Shown here in pieces: positions 1-8,714 of a DNA stretch of 64,000 bases. The translations under genes and the position numbers were made by a program. The stretch is from Dehalococcoidia bacterium. Lineage in GTDB: Bacteria > Chloroflexota > Dehalococcoidia > JAUQQI01. Numbering within the stretch: the first letter of the stretch is position 1; each line of letters begins with the position of its first letter. The notes below the pieces were generated by a model. The model did not search any database. It worked only from the letters and a program-made list of their open reading frames with translations, and was not told the origin of the DNA. The stretch is from NCBI GenBank assembly GCA_042408785.1, contig JBHOQU010000032.1, positions 26,798-90,797 on the forward strand, given 5' to 3'.

Positions 1-191
1 AGCTGTTCCCCGATGCCGAATTCCAGCTTTTGATACGGGGGCACTACCTGGCCCTGACAAAGATAGATGACCTTGTCCACCTCTTCCGGCCCGAGCTCCC
101 GGAAGAGCTCGGCCAGAATCTCCACCATCAGGTTCCGGGAAGTGGTCGCCTCCAGCCGGTTAAAGTAGTCGGCCAGCCGCCTGAACAGCAT
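1..191 (-). CDS. ATP-dependent DNA ligase, N-terminal fragment (gene continues past the left edge of the window)
   Basis: Reverse-strand translation from the ATG at complement 189-191 gives MLFRRLADYFNRLEATTSRNLMVEILAELFRELGPEEVDKVIYLCQGQVVPPYQKLEFGIGE. This has the typical N-terminal DNA-binding-domain pattern of ATP-dependent DNA ligases. A GGAGAAAG Shine-Dalgarno-like sequence lies upstream. It is absent from the ORF track because it is truncated. Confidence 0.45.
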   Translation of the reverse strand, partial: MLFRRLADYFNRLEATTSRNLMVEILAELFRELGPEEVDKVIYLCQGQVVPPYQKLEFGIGEQ

Positions 192-263
192 CGCGTCTTT
201 CTCCTGCTGACAGGGTCTCCCCGCGGGATTTTAGCACGGGTATTCGGCACCAGCACGCCCAAG

Positions 264-293
264 TTTTCAACCGGGTTTACCCACTGTTACAAT
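264..293 (+). promoter_or_regulatory. Candidate sigma-A-like promoter for hisH (TTTTCA, 18 nt spacer, TACAAT)
   Basis: Hexamers sit at 264-269 and 288-293, about 15 nt before the hisH ATG. The divergent ligase gene means hisH needs its own promoter here. Confidence 0.25.
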
Positions 294-308
294 GTTTGGG
301 TGGGCCGA

Positions 309-926
309 ATGCTTGCGGTCTTGGACTATGGGGCCGGAAATCTGCGCAGCGTGGTGCGGGCCCTGGAAGTGAACGGCATCCGGCCGGTGGTTTTGGGCGA
401 CCCGGATGCCCTGCTCCGGGCCGATGCCCTGGTCTTTCCCGGGGTTGGGGCCGCCGGATCGGCCATGCGCCGGCTACGGGAGCGGGGCCTGGACGAGGCC
501 GTCCGGGAGTTTTACCGGTCGGGCCGGCCGATTCTGGGCGTCTGTTTGGGCCTGCAGCTGCTCTTTGATTGGAGCGAGGAGGACGGCGGAGCCCCCGGCC
601 TGGGCCTGATACCCGGCGAGGTCCGCCGCTTTCCCGACGGCCTGAAAATCCCCCACATGGGCTGGAACCAGGTCCGCCGCCAAAGAGACCACCCCATCCT
701 GGCCGGTATCCCCGACGGTGCCCATTTCTACTTTGTCCACTCCTACTATGCGGTGCCGGCCGAGCCGGCGGCAGTCGTCGGCACCACCGATTACGGCCGG
801 GACTTTGCCAGCGTGGTTGCCTGGGATAATCTGGTGGCCACCCAGTTCCACCCCGAAAAGAGCGGTCGCTGGGGCCTGGCCGTCTACGGCAACTTTCTGC
901 GGAGGCTGGTGGGCTTAAGGTGCTGA
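309..926 (+). CDS. hisH: Imidazole glycerol phosphate synthase, glutamine amidotransferase subunit HisH
   Basis: Starts MLAVLDYGAGNLRSV; GVCLGLQLL catalytic-Cys motif; HPEKSG near the C-terminus. The ORF-track start at 30 is an upstream extension, so the internal ATG at 309 was chosen. Confidence 0.9.
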   Translation: MLAVLDYGAGNLRSVVRALEVNGIRPVVLGDPDALLRADALVFPGVGAAGSAMRRLRERGLDEAVREFYRSGRPILGVCLGLQLLFDWSEEDGGAPGLGLIPGEVRRFPDGLKIPHMGWNQVRRQRDHPILAGIPDGAHFYFVHSYYAVPAEPAAVVGTTDYGRDFASVVAWDNLVATQFHPEKSGRWGLAVYGNFLRRLVGLRC

Positions 927-1636
927 TCCTGCCGGCCATCGACATCCTGGGCGGCCGCTGCGCCCGCCTTTACCAGGGCCGGTTCGACCGGGTCAGGGTC
1001 TACGCCGACGACCCGGTGGCCGTCGCCCGGGCCTGGGCCGAAGCCGGGGCCTGCTGGGTCCACGTGGTGGACCTGGACGCGGCCCGAACCGGCCAGCCGG
1101 TTAACCTGGGCGTTGTGGCCGCCATCGTCCGGTCGGTGGGGGCGGCCGTTCAGTATGGGGGCGGGGTGCGGAGCCTGGGCCGGGTGGCGGAGCTCCTCGA
1201 CCTGGGGGTGGACCGGGTGGTGGTGGGTACGGCCGCCTTTACCGACCCGGGCTTCCTGGCCGAAGCCTGCCGCCGGTTCGGCGACCGGGTTGCGGCGGCC
1301 CTGGACGTCCGGGACGGGCAGGTGGCCGTTTCAGGCTGGGAGTCGGCCCTGCCCCTCAGCCCCGCTGAGGCTGTGGACCGGCTGGAGGCGGCGGGGGTCC
1401 GGCGGCTGGTGCTGACCGACGTGGGCCGGGACGGCACCCTGGAAGGGGTCAACCTGGACCTGGTCAGGGAGGTCGTTAAGGCGGCGTCGGTGCCGGTCAT
1501 TGTGGGGGGCGGGGTGGGAAGCCTCGGGGACCTCAAGGCCCTCAAGGTCCTGGGGGTGGAGGGAGTGATCCTGGGTCGGGCCCTTTACGAGGGCCGGGTC
1601 GACCTGGGGGCGGCCCTGGCCTGCGGGGCCGATTAG
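920..1636 (+). CDS. hisA: ProFAR isomerase HisA (1-(5-phosphoribosyl)-5-[(5-phosphoribosylamino)methylideneamino]imidazole-4-carboxamide isomerase)
   Basis: [20 protein letters not shown]-terminus and (beta-alpha)8 HisA pattern. The GTG start overlaps the hisH stop. Confidence 0.9.
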   Translation: MLILPAIDILGGRCARLYQGRFDRVRVYADDPVAVARAWAEAGACWVHVVDLDAARTGQPVNLGVVAAIVRSVGAAVQYGGGVRSLGRVAELLDLGVDRVVVGTAAFTDPGFLAEACRRFGDRVAAALDVRDGQVAVSGWESALPLSPAEAVDRLEAAGVRRLVLTDVGRDGTLEGVNLDLVREVVKAASVPVIVGGGVGSLGDLKALKVLGVEGVILGRALYEGRVDLGAALACGAD

Positions 1637-1644
1637 CTGCCGCC

Positions 1645-2412
1645 ATGCTTACGAAGCGGATAATCCCCTGCCTTGACGTCGATGCCGGCCGGGTGGTTAA
1701 GGGCGTCCGCTTTGCCGGCCTACGGGACGCCGGCGACCCGGTGGAGCTGGCCGCCTACTATGACCGGGAAGGGGCTGACGAGCTGGTCTTTTACGACATA
1801 ACCGCTTCGGCCCAAGGGCGCAAAATCATGGTCGAGGTGGTGGCCCGCACCGCCGACCAGGTCTTTATACCCCTCACCGTCGGTGGGGGCCTGCGCACCG
1901 TCGAGGATATGCGGCTGATGCTCCGGTCCGGCGCTGATAAGGTCTCCATAAACACCGCCGCCATCGAGGACCCGACCCTCATCGCCCGGGGCGCCGACGC
2001 CTTCGGCTCCCAGTGCATCGTCCTCTCCATCGACACCAGGTGGGAGGGGGACCGGCCCCGGGTCTACTCCCACGGCGGCCGCCGGCCCACCGGCCTGGAT
2101 ACGGTGGAGTGGGCCCGGCGGGGGGTGGAGCTGGGGGCCGGCGAAATCGTCCTCAACAGCATCGACACCGACGGTACCCGGGCCGGCTACGACCTGAAGA
2201 TTCTGCGGCTGGTCTCGGAGGCCGTCCCGGTTCCGGTCATCGCCAGCGGCGGGGCCGGAAACCTCGAACACCTCTACCTGGCCATCGCCGAGGGCAGGGC
2301 CGACGCCGTTCTCGCCGCCAGCATCTTTCATTACCGGGAAGTGACCATCGCCGAGGCCAAGCGGTTCCTGGCCGCCCGGGGGATTCCCGTCCGTCTGGAG
2401 GACCTGGGGTGA
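1645..2412 (+). CDS. hisF: Imidazole glycerol phosphate synthase cyclase subunit HisF
   Basis: [23 protein letters not shown]... classic HisF N-terminus and overall pattern. Confidence 0.92.
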   Translation: MLTKRIIPCLDVDAGRVVKGVRFAGLRDAGDPVELAAYYDREGADELVFYDITASAQGRKIMVEVVARTADQVFIPLTVGGGLRTVEDMRLMLRSGADKVSINTAAIEDPTLIARGADAFGSQCIVLSIDTRWEGDRPRVYSHGGRRPTGLDTVEWARRGVELGAGEIVLNSIDTDGTRAGYDLKILRLVSEAVPVPVIASGGAGNLEHLYLAIAEGRADAVLAASIFHYREVTIAEAKRFLAARGIPVRLEDLG

Positions 2413-3290
2413 CCGTCAAGGAAAAATACGGCCGCCTGCCCCCACTGTCCCCGGACATCGAAAGGCGGCTGGCGGCCCTCGCCGAGGTCGTAAGGGGTCA
2501 TCCGGTGGAACTGGTTTACCTGTTCGGCTCGGCGGCCGGAGATGCCGCGGCCGCCCAGGATATCGACCTGGCCGTCCTGCCGGGGGAAGGTTTTTCCCTG
2601 ACCGATTTTTACGCCGACGTATCCCTGGCCCTCGGCACCGACCGGCTGGACATTGTGAACCTGCGGCGGGCCCCGGTCTGGCTCCAGTGGGAATTTGTCA
2701 CCACCGGCCGGCCCATCTTTTCGGGGTCTACGCTCGGCCGCCTGGCCTTCGAACGGTCCGTACGTGCTCGCTATCGGGACGAACGGCCGAGGCTGTTGCG
2801 GGCGGGAATAATCTTTCAGAGGGGGTCGCCGGCGACTTTACGCCGGGAGTTTATCTGGGGCGCCCTTGCCGAACTGCGCCGGGTTGCCGCCGAGCTTGAA
2901 AAATACCGCCACCTTACCCCCGAAGACCTGGGGGCCAACTTGAGCCTGCGCTGGGCCGTCGAGCGGGGACTGCCGGCGGGACTGAGCTTGATTTTCGAAG
3001 TGGCCGACCACATTCTGGTCCGCCACTTCGGGCGGGCCGTCGACACCTACGAAGGGCTCCTGACGGAACTGCGGGCCTGCGGCGTCATCTCCGAGGGCCT
3101 TTACCGTCGGCTGAAAGGGGCCGGCGGCTTTAGAAATATCCTCGTGCACGGGTACCTCCAGGTGGACCTGGGGCGGGTGGCCCGGGCGTTAAAAGAGGCC
3201 CCCGACCTTTTCCGGGCCTTCGAGGATGAGGTCGGCGCCTGGGTAAATTTGCTCCCGGAAGACGGGACAGACGAACCGGGAGGAAGTTAA
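2409..3290 (+). CDS. Fused minimal nucleotidyltransferase (MntA-like) plus HEPN/HepT-like (DUF86) domain protein
   Basis: The N-terminal half carries the Pol-beta NTase motif [19 protein letters not shown] (GS...DxD). The C-terminal half carries FRNILVHGY, the Rx4HxY HEPN RNase motif. The GTG start at 2409 overlaps the hisF TGA (GTGA), and the stop lies 5 nt before the hisIE ATG. The 2013-2408 part of the listed ORF is an out-of-frame overlap with hisF. Confidence 0.7.
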   Translation: MTVKEKYGRLPPLSPDIERRLAALAEVVRGHPVELVYLFGSAAGDAAAAQDIDLAVLPGEGFSLTDFYADVSLALGTDRLDIVNLRRAPVWLQWEFVTTGRPIFSGSTLGRLAFERSVRARYRDERPRLLRAGIIFQRGSPATLRREFIWGALAELRRVAAELEKYRHLTPEDLGANLSLRWAVERGLPAGLSLIFEVADHILVRHFGRAVDTYEGLLTELRACGVISEGLYRRLKGAGGFRNILVHGYLQVDLGRVARALKEAPDLFRAFEDEVGAWVNLLPEDGTDEPGGS

Positions 3291-3295
3291 AAACT

Positions 3296-3949
3296 ATGGC
3301 CGAGGGTTTAAAGTTTGACCAGGCGGGGCTCATACCGGCCGTCGTCCAAGATGTCGCCAGCGGCCGGGTGCTTATGCTGGGCTACCAGGACCGGGAAGCC
3401 TTTGAGCGGACCCTGGCCAGCGGCCGGGTCTGGTTTTACAGCCGGAGCCGCCAGCGCCTCTGGCAGAAGGGTGAAACCTCCGGCCACGAGCTCCGGGTCC
3501 GGCAGGTGCTGGCCGACTGCGATGGGGATGCTCTGCTCATCCTGGCCGAGCCGGCCGGCCCCACCTGCCATACCGGGTCCGAATCGTGCTTTTTCGAAAA
3601 GGTCGCCGGCCCCGACGAAGGCGACTGGCTGCCCTTAAGCCGGGTTCCCGAGGCCCTTTTTAAAGTTATCCTGGACCGCCAGCAGAATCCGAGGGCCGAA
3701 AGCTACGTGGCGGGGCTCCTGGCCGGCGGGGTCGACCGGGTCGCCCAGAAGCTGGGCGAAGAGGCAGTCGAGGCGGTTATCGCCGCCAAAAACGACGACC
3801 GGGAGGCCCTCGTCCGGGAGCTGGCCGACCTCTGGTTCCACAGCCTGGTGCTAATGGCCGCCCGGGGCCTGCGGCCGGCCGACGTCTGGGCCGAGCTCGC
3901 CCGCCGCCACGCCGCCCGCGCTCGGCCGTCCGGCCAGGAGGGCGTCTAA
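3296..3949 (+). CDS. hisI: Bifunctional phosphoribosyl-AMP cyclohydrolase / phosphoribosyl-ATP pyrophosphatase HisIE
   Basis: The N-terminal PRA-CH domain ([24 protein letters not shown]) is followed by a PRA-PH MazG-like domain ([14 protein letters not shown]). Confidence 0.9.
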   Translation: MAEGLKFDQAGLIPAVVQDVASGRVLMLGYQDREAFERTLASGRVWFYSRSRQRLWQKGETSGHELRVRQVLADCDGDALLILAEPAGPTCHTGSESCFFEKVAGPDEGDWLPLSRVPEALFKVILDRQQNPRAESYVAGLLAGGVDRVAQKLGEEAVEAVIAAKNDDREALVRELADLWFHSLVLMAARGLRPADVWAELARRHAARARPSGQEGV

Positions 3950-4663
3950 TTCTAAAAGCTCCTTAAGGTCCCGGATGACCGGCACCCCCGGCGGCGGGTC
4001 CTCCTGCCGGAACTGGTGACTGAGCACCGGCCGAAGGCCGGCCTTTAAGGCCCCGCCCACATCCTCGTAAACCCGGTCGCCCACGAAGACGGCCCGTTCG
4101 GGCCGGACCCCAAGCCGGCTGAGGGCAAACTGGAAGATGGCGGGGTGGGGCTTGCGCCAGCCCACGGCCGACGAGAAGGCCAGCACGTCAAAGTGGCCCT
4201 TAAGGCCGAGTTCCTCCAGGCGGGCTTCCATCAGCTCGGCCGGATACATCGTGTTGGAGACGAGCCCAATCTTAAGCCCACGGCGGCGCAGTTCGGCCAG
4301 GACCGCCGCCCCCGGGGCCGGGCAGGTAGCCGCCAGCTCGGCCCGGGCCATCGCCTCCAGGCACTCCCGGTAAAAGTCCCGGGGCAGGTTTAAACCGAGC
4401 CGGCCGAAGGCCTCGGCAAATAGGGCTTCCGGCGGAAGCTCCCGGTAGCCCCGGGCCTGGAAGTAGGCCAGCCGCCGGCCGAGAATCCGCTCCCAAACCT
4501 CCCGATAAAGGGCCTCGGCCGGGGGGGCCCGGTCGCCGATGAGCCCTTTGAGCCGGCCATGCAGGGCGTTCCACGCCGTCAGCCAGCTATCGGCCGAGAG
4601 CTTTATGTCCCAGACCGTGTGGCCCAGGTCGAGGAGAACGGCCTCAACGGCCCTATCCCCCAC
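3851..4663 (-). CDS. HAD-superfamily hydrolase
   Basis: [10 protein letters not shown] motif I, SNTMYP motif II and [13 protein letters not shown] motif IV. Its 3' end overlaps convergently with the hisIE 3' end. Confidence 0.7.
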   Translation of the reverse strand: MGDRAVEAVLLDLGHTVWDIKLSADSWLTAWNALHGRLKGLIGDRAPPAEALYREVWERILGRRLAYFQARGYRELPPEALFAEAFGRLGLNLPRDFYRECLEAMARAELAATCPAPGAAVLAELRRRGLKIGLVSNTMYPAELMEARLEELGLKGHFDVLAFSSAVGWRKPHPAIFQFALSRLGVRPERAVFVGDRVYEDVGGALKAGLRPVLSHQFRQEDPPPGVPVIRDLKELLELDALLAGRPSAGGVAAGELGPDVGRPQAPGGH

Positions 4664-5438
4664 AGGTAACCTCCAACCGGCCGTCCCGGACCACGAGCCG
4701 CGGAACCTTACGGCTGATATCCACCCGGGCGGCGAATTCCACGTCGGCTCCCAGGCCCAGCTGGGTCAGCCGGTAGCCGTGGGCGCTGGCCCGGAAGGCC
4801 GCCAGGGGGTCCCGGCCGAAGCCGAGGCAGACCTGGCGGGCGGCTACCGCCGAATCGTCCAGCACGAGGCGGTCCGACGGGGTCTGACCGGGAAGGTCGG
4901 CATCGGGGGCCGGCAGGGGTGAAACTTCGGCCCGGCGGGCAAGCTCATCCACCAGGAAGCCGGCGCAGAAGGCGTCGTCCAGGCCGAAGGCCCGGCCGCG
5001 CCCCCGTCCGGCGCAGACCAAAGTCACGTCCCGGCCGGCGGCCAGGATGCGCTCCGCCACCGCCCCCACGTTGGAAAGACAGCCGACCAGCACCTCGGCG
5101 GCCCCCACCGAACGGCGGAGGGCCCGGGTGCCGTTGCTGGTGGCGAAGACCAGGGTCCGGCCGGCCAGATCTGTCCCCAGGTACTCTAGGGGCGAATTGC
5201 CCAGGTCAAAACCCCGGGGCGCCAGGCCCCCGACCTCCCCACCCAGGAGAACGTCGGGCCCCAGTGTCCGGGCGAGCCGCCGGGCAGCCCCGGGCCCCGG
5301 GGCGATGACGGCCCGGGCCAGGCCCCGCTCGAAAGCGGCGACCAGGGTCGTGCTCGCCCGCAGAACGTCGATGACCACGCAGGTCCGGCCGGCCGGATTG
5401 CGCAGCAGTCGGGGCAGAAAGCAGACCTCCACGAACAT
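4653..5438 (-). CDS. 2-phosphosulfolactate phosphatase (ComB) family protein
   Basis: VVIDVLRASTTLVAAF signature of the ComB family. Overlaps the downstream HAD gene by 11 nt. Confidence 0.65.
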   Translation of the reverse strand: MFVEVCFLPRLLRNPAGRTCVVIDVLRASTTLVAAFERGLARAVIAPGPGAARRLARTLGPDVLLGGEVGGLAPRGFDLGNSPLEYLGTDLAGRTLVFATSNGTRALRRSVGAAEVLVGCLSNVGAVAERILAAGRDVTLVCAGRGRGRAFGLDDAFCAGFLVDELARRAEVSPLPAPDADLPGQTPSDRLVLDDSAVAARQVCLGFGRDPLAAFRASAHGYRLTQLGLGADVEFAARVDISRKVPRLVVRDGRLEVTCGG

Positions 5439-5461
5439 ATCGCCGCTATTATACCCGCCGG

Positions 5462-6661
5462 TTACGGGCCCCGTCCGACCAGGGGCATAAACCGCCGGTA
5501 AAAGGGCCCCACCCGAAACTCGACGGCCACCGAAACCGTAATTTCCGGCCGGTTATCCCCCACCAGGTCGACCCGGCCGGTGTAGACGCCGTTGCCGAGG
5601 CCGGCCGGGCTGGCCGTGAGGGTGAGCCGGCCCGGGGTCGTTCCGGAGGCCGGGCTGTAGCCGAGCCAGTCCCCAACCTTGCCCGTCACCCGCCAGCCCA
5701 CCGACCCGCCGGCCGGGTCGGTGACCCCAAGGACGGCCTGGGCGGGGGGCCCGCCCGGCTCGGCGAAGAGCACCAGCCGGTAGGCGCTCAGGGCGATGGC
5801 CCGGGGGTCCGGAATCCAGTCCGGGGCGTTGGTTGGGGTTGTTGTCCCAACCGTCTCCCGGGACGGAAGGACCAGGGGCGGCGAGGGCTTGGGCCAGCGG
5901 CCGTAGGGCGGGTTGTTGGCAAAGCCGTAGACCAGCTCCTGGTAGGGGTAGTTTTTCCAGGGCTGGGACCCGTCGAAGGGGGGGCGGGGCCAGGGATAGG
6001 CCGGGTTATTGGGGTTGTTCAGATAGGTCCACTGGTTGTAGGCCCAGACGGCGAAATACCAGTGCTCGGGCACGGCGGGGTCGTTGCTCCCCACCGCCGG
6101 CGTGAACCGCCACTTGTACCCCAGCATGGTTGCACCCCGGGCGATGTTGTAGGCGTAGTCCCGGGCGATCCGCCGCTGGACATCCACCGGCAGCTCCCCC
6201 TGCCTGGTCATCCCCGAGGTGATCTGCATGATCCCGTAGCCGCAGCCCCCGCTGGGGGTGAGGGGCGGCCCGTAACCTCCCCGGGGTACCGAGTAAACGG
6301 CCTGGTACCAGCTCGACTCGACGACGCCGATGGCTTTCAAAAGGACCGCCGGCACCGTTCCCGGCACCGGGGTTGGGTTCGGCCAGCCCTTGCCCAGGTC
6401 CGGGATGGTGGTGTACTGGTCGAACCTGAGCTGGTTGGCCGCGGCCTGGTCCATCACGGCCGCAACTTCGTCCACACGCGGCTGATAGGCGTCGGTTACG
6501 CCTGTCTGGGCGCAGTCATCGGCCGCCGCCGGCCTGGCCCAGCCGGCCAGAAGCCCCGCCCCCAGGAGCAGGCCGGCCAGCAATCTACGGACCACCACCG
6601 GCCCAGCCCCAAAACTCCGGGTAGCCTTCAAACTCAAGGGGCCGGATGACCCCGGCCGCAT
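5462..6661 (-). CDS. Secreted lytic transglycosylase-like (GH23/lysozyme-like) protein with a C-terminal extension of unknown function
   Basis: Signal-peptide-like VVVRRLLAGLLLGAGLLAGWARPAAA. GH23 motifs ES (VVESSW), GYGIMQIT and AYNIARG. The ORF extends to 6757 but the likely start is the internal Met near 6661. Confidence 0.55.
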   Translation of the reverse strand: MRPGSSGPLSLKATRSFGAGPVVVRRLLAGLLLGAGLLAGWARPAAADDCAQTGVTDAYQPRVDEVAAVMDQAAANQLRFDQYTTIPDLGKGWPNPTPVPGTVPAVLLKAIGVVESSWYQAVYSVPRGGYGPPLTPSGGCGYGIMQITSGMTRQGELPVDVQRRIARDYAYNIARGATMLGYKWRFTPAVGSNDPAVPEHWYFAVWAYNQWTYLNNPNNPAYPWPRPPFDGSQPWKNYPYQELVYGFANNPPYGRWPKPSPPLVLPSRETVGTTTPTNAPDWIPDPRAIALSAYRLVLFAEPGGPPAQAVLGVTDPAGGSVGWRVTGKVGDWLGYSPASGTTPGRLTLTASPAGLGNGVYTGRVDLVGDNRPEITVSVAVEFRVGPFYRRFMPLVGRGP

Positions 6662-7583
6662 CCACAAGGCCGAGCTGTTGGCGACTGCCCCTGACCGTGC
6701 GGATAACCAGGTGCCGTCCCGCCGGGTCCCAGCTGAGGGGCTCGGTCGCCTCCCCAACGACCCCCAACGTCCTCAACCGGCCGTCAGATTCGGCCGTCAG
6801 GCGGCCGCCGGCCAGCCTGGTCCGGCCGGGACCTGGCCCCCAGACCAGGGCCTCCCCGGCTTCGACGCTCACCCGGCCCGAGGCCAGGTCGGCCGTCAGC
6901 AGCCGTGTACCCCCGGGGGCCGTCAGCCGGAGGGCCAGCGTCCGGCCGTCGGGGGCGAGTCGAAAGTCCTGGGGGGAGCCCTCCGGCAGGGGGATGCGGT
7001 TATCCCCCAGCCGCACCTCGTTCGGGGGGCCGATGCTCACCCAGACCAGCCGACCGGCAAAGTCCCAGCCGACCGGAACGGCGGCGGCCAGACCCTGGGC
7101 CGAAACGAGCTCCCGCTCCCGGCCGGCCAGGTCGACCTCCACCAGGCTGAACCGGCGGCCCTCGTAGTCGGCGCGCCTTAAAACTACGGCCCGGCCGTCG
7201 GGCCGCCAGCGGGGAGGCGAGTAGAGGTCGAGGTCCGTTCCCAGCCGCCGGCCGCCCCCGGTGCGCAGGTCCAGGACCCACAGCTCCGCCCCGGTTTCCG
7301 GGCGGTTTCGGCCCGGCCAGACCAGGTAGGCGGCGGTGCGGCCGTCGGGGGCGACCGACCCGTTCAGACCGTAGCCCCGGGGGTCCCGGATTTCCCCGAC
7401 CAGGCGGCGGCTTTGGGGGTCGGCCGCCGGCACCTCCCAGACCCGGGTCCGGTCGGGGAAGTACTCGGCGACCGCCAGGGTCGGACCAGCCGACGCCGCC
7501 CCCGGCAGGCCGGCGGACATCGCCAGGACCAGCCCGGCGATGAGGACCGCGGCGTAAAGGAATGGTCGAACTTTCTGGGCCAA
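6585..7583 (-). CDS. Secreted TolB-like beta-propeller repeat protein
   Basis: N-terminal signal peptide MAQKVRPFLYAAVLIAGLVLAMSAG, then repeated PDGR/WxPDG propeller-type repeats. Confidence 0.55.
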   Translation of the reverse strand: MAQKVRPFLYAAVLIAGLVLAMSAGLPGAASAGPTLAVAEYFPDRTRVWEVPAADPQSRRLVGEIRDPRGYGLNGSVAPDGRTAAYLVWPGRNRPETGAELWVLDLRTGGGRRLGTDLDLYSPPRWRPDGRAVVLRRADYEGRRFSLVEVDLAGRERELVSAQGLAAAVPVGWDFAGRLVWVSIGPPNEVRLGDNRIPLPEGSPQDFRLAPDGRTLALRLTAPGGTRLLTADLASGRVSVEAGEALVWGPGPGRTRLAGGRLTAESDGRLRTLGVVGEATEPLSWDPAGRHLVIRTVRGSRQQLGLVDAAGVIRPLEFEGYPEFWGWAGGGP

Positions 7584-7718
7584 GGGCTTCCCAACCGCCC
7601 GGGGGATGGTGGGCGGCTACCAGCTAGAGTATACACGGCCCGCCGGCCGCACGGTAGGACAGCAGTCCTAAACTGGCGTCGGCCCGGCCGGGGATGGTAA
7701 CATCCCGGCGGGTAACCT

Positions 7719-8576
7719 ATGCTGGACGGCATTCCCCTAATCGACGCCCATATCCACGCCGCCAGGCTCCCAACCGTTAAGGTGCGCTGGGAGCTCTGGG
7801 CCGACCTCTTCGGCAAGGGGGAGGAGGTGCGCCAGCTCTACAACGAGGACGGGACCGTCGACCCGGCCCGCTTTGACGCCTACCTGGAAGGCCAAGGGGT
7901 GGACGTGGCCATTTTGCTGGCCGAATACAGCCCCAGGGTCACCGGCATTCAGCCGGTGGAGGACCTTTTGCCCTTAGTCGAGTACAACCCGAAAAGGTTT
8001 AAGTTTCTGGCCAACGTAAACCCTTACGTGCACCATCCGGTAAAGGCCGAGCTTAAAAGGCAGTTAAGCCTCGGGGCGGTAGGCCTTAAGGTCCACCCGG
8101 TCCACGGGGGTTTTCCGCCCAACGACCGCCGCCTTTACCCCGCCTATGCCCTCTGCGAGGAGCTGGGGGTGCCGGTGGTCTTCCACTGCGGGACCAGCAT
8201 CTTCCCTGGGGCCTCGAACCGCTACGCCGACCCGGCCCTGATTGAGGACGTTTTGCGGGACTTTCCCGAGCTTAAGGTGGCCCTGGCCCACGGGGGCCGG
8301 GGCTGGTGGTACGGGGCGGCGGCCTTTATGGCCCTGATGCGGGAAAACGTCTACATTGAGCTTTCGGGCCTTCCGCCCAGGAAACTTCCCCAGTATTACG
8401 AAGGCTTTGAGGTGGGCCGGCTGGCCAAAAAGTTTATCTTCGGGACCGACTGGCCCGGGGCGCCCGGCATCCGGCAGAACGCCGAGGCCGTCGCAAAGTT
8501 GGGCTTCGACCGCCCGACCCTCGAGCAGATTTTCTATAAAAACGCCCTGGGCTTCTACGCCGGCCTGAGCCTTTAG
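7719..8576 (+). CDS. Amidohydrolase-family (TIM-barrel metal-dependent hydrolase, amidohydrolase_2-like) protein
   Basis: IPLIDAHIHAA metal-binding HxH start and a VFHCGTS / ALAHGG pattern. Confidence 0.65.
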   Translation: MLDGIPLIDAHIHAARLPTVKVRWELWADLFGKGEEVRQLYNEDGTVDPARFDAYLEGQGVDVAILLAEYSPRVTGIQPVEDLLPLVEYNPKRFKFLANVNPYVHHPVKAELKRQLSLGAVGLKVHPVHGGFPPNDRRLYPAYALCEELGVPVVFHCGTSIFPGASNRYADPALIEDVLRDFPELKVALAHGGRGWWYGAAAFMALMRENVYIELSGLPPRKLPQYYEGFEVGRLAKKFIFGTDWPGAPGIRQNAEAVAKLGFDRPTLEQIFYKNALGFYAGLSL

Positions 8577-8669
8577 GGCCCGGGCTTAGGCGCCGCGAGG
8601 CCTTTTCCCGGCACCAACATTACAAGGCTCTGCCTGCTCGCGCCTTCAGGTGTAGGGGTGCGGCGAATT

Positions 8670-8699
8670 TTGACACCCTGCCCCGCCTTGCCCGATACT
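8670..8699 (+). promoter_or_regulatory. Candidate promoter for metG (TTGACA, 18 nt spacer, GATACT)
   Basis: Perfect -35 at 8670-8675 and -10-like GATACT at 8694-8699, 15 nt upstream of the metG ATG. Confidence 0.35.
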
Positions 8700-8714
8700 T
8701 TTATTCGAACACCA

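Noticed and set aside
277-945. 222 aa minus-strand ORF overlapping hisH (Pro/Arg/Gly-rich)
   Set aside because: Antisense shadow ORF typical of high-GC DNA. It has low-complexity composition and lies fully inside a confidently identified hisH.
2013-2408. 5' extension of the listed 2013-3290 ORF, overlapping hisF in another frame
   Set aside because: Low-complexity GR-rich translation inside hisF. The real gene begins at the GTG at 2409, which overlaps the hisF stop.
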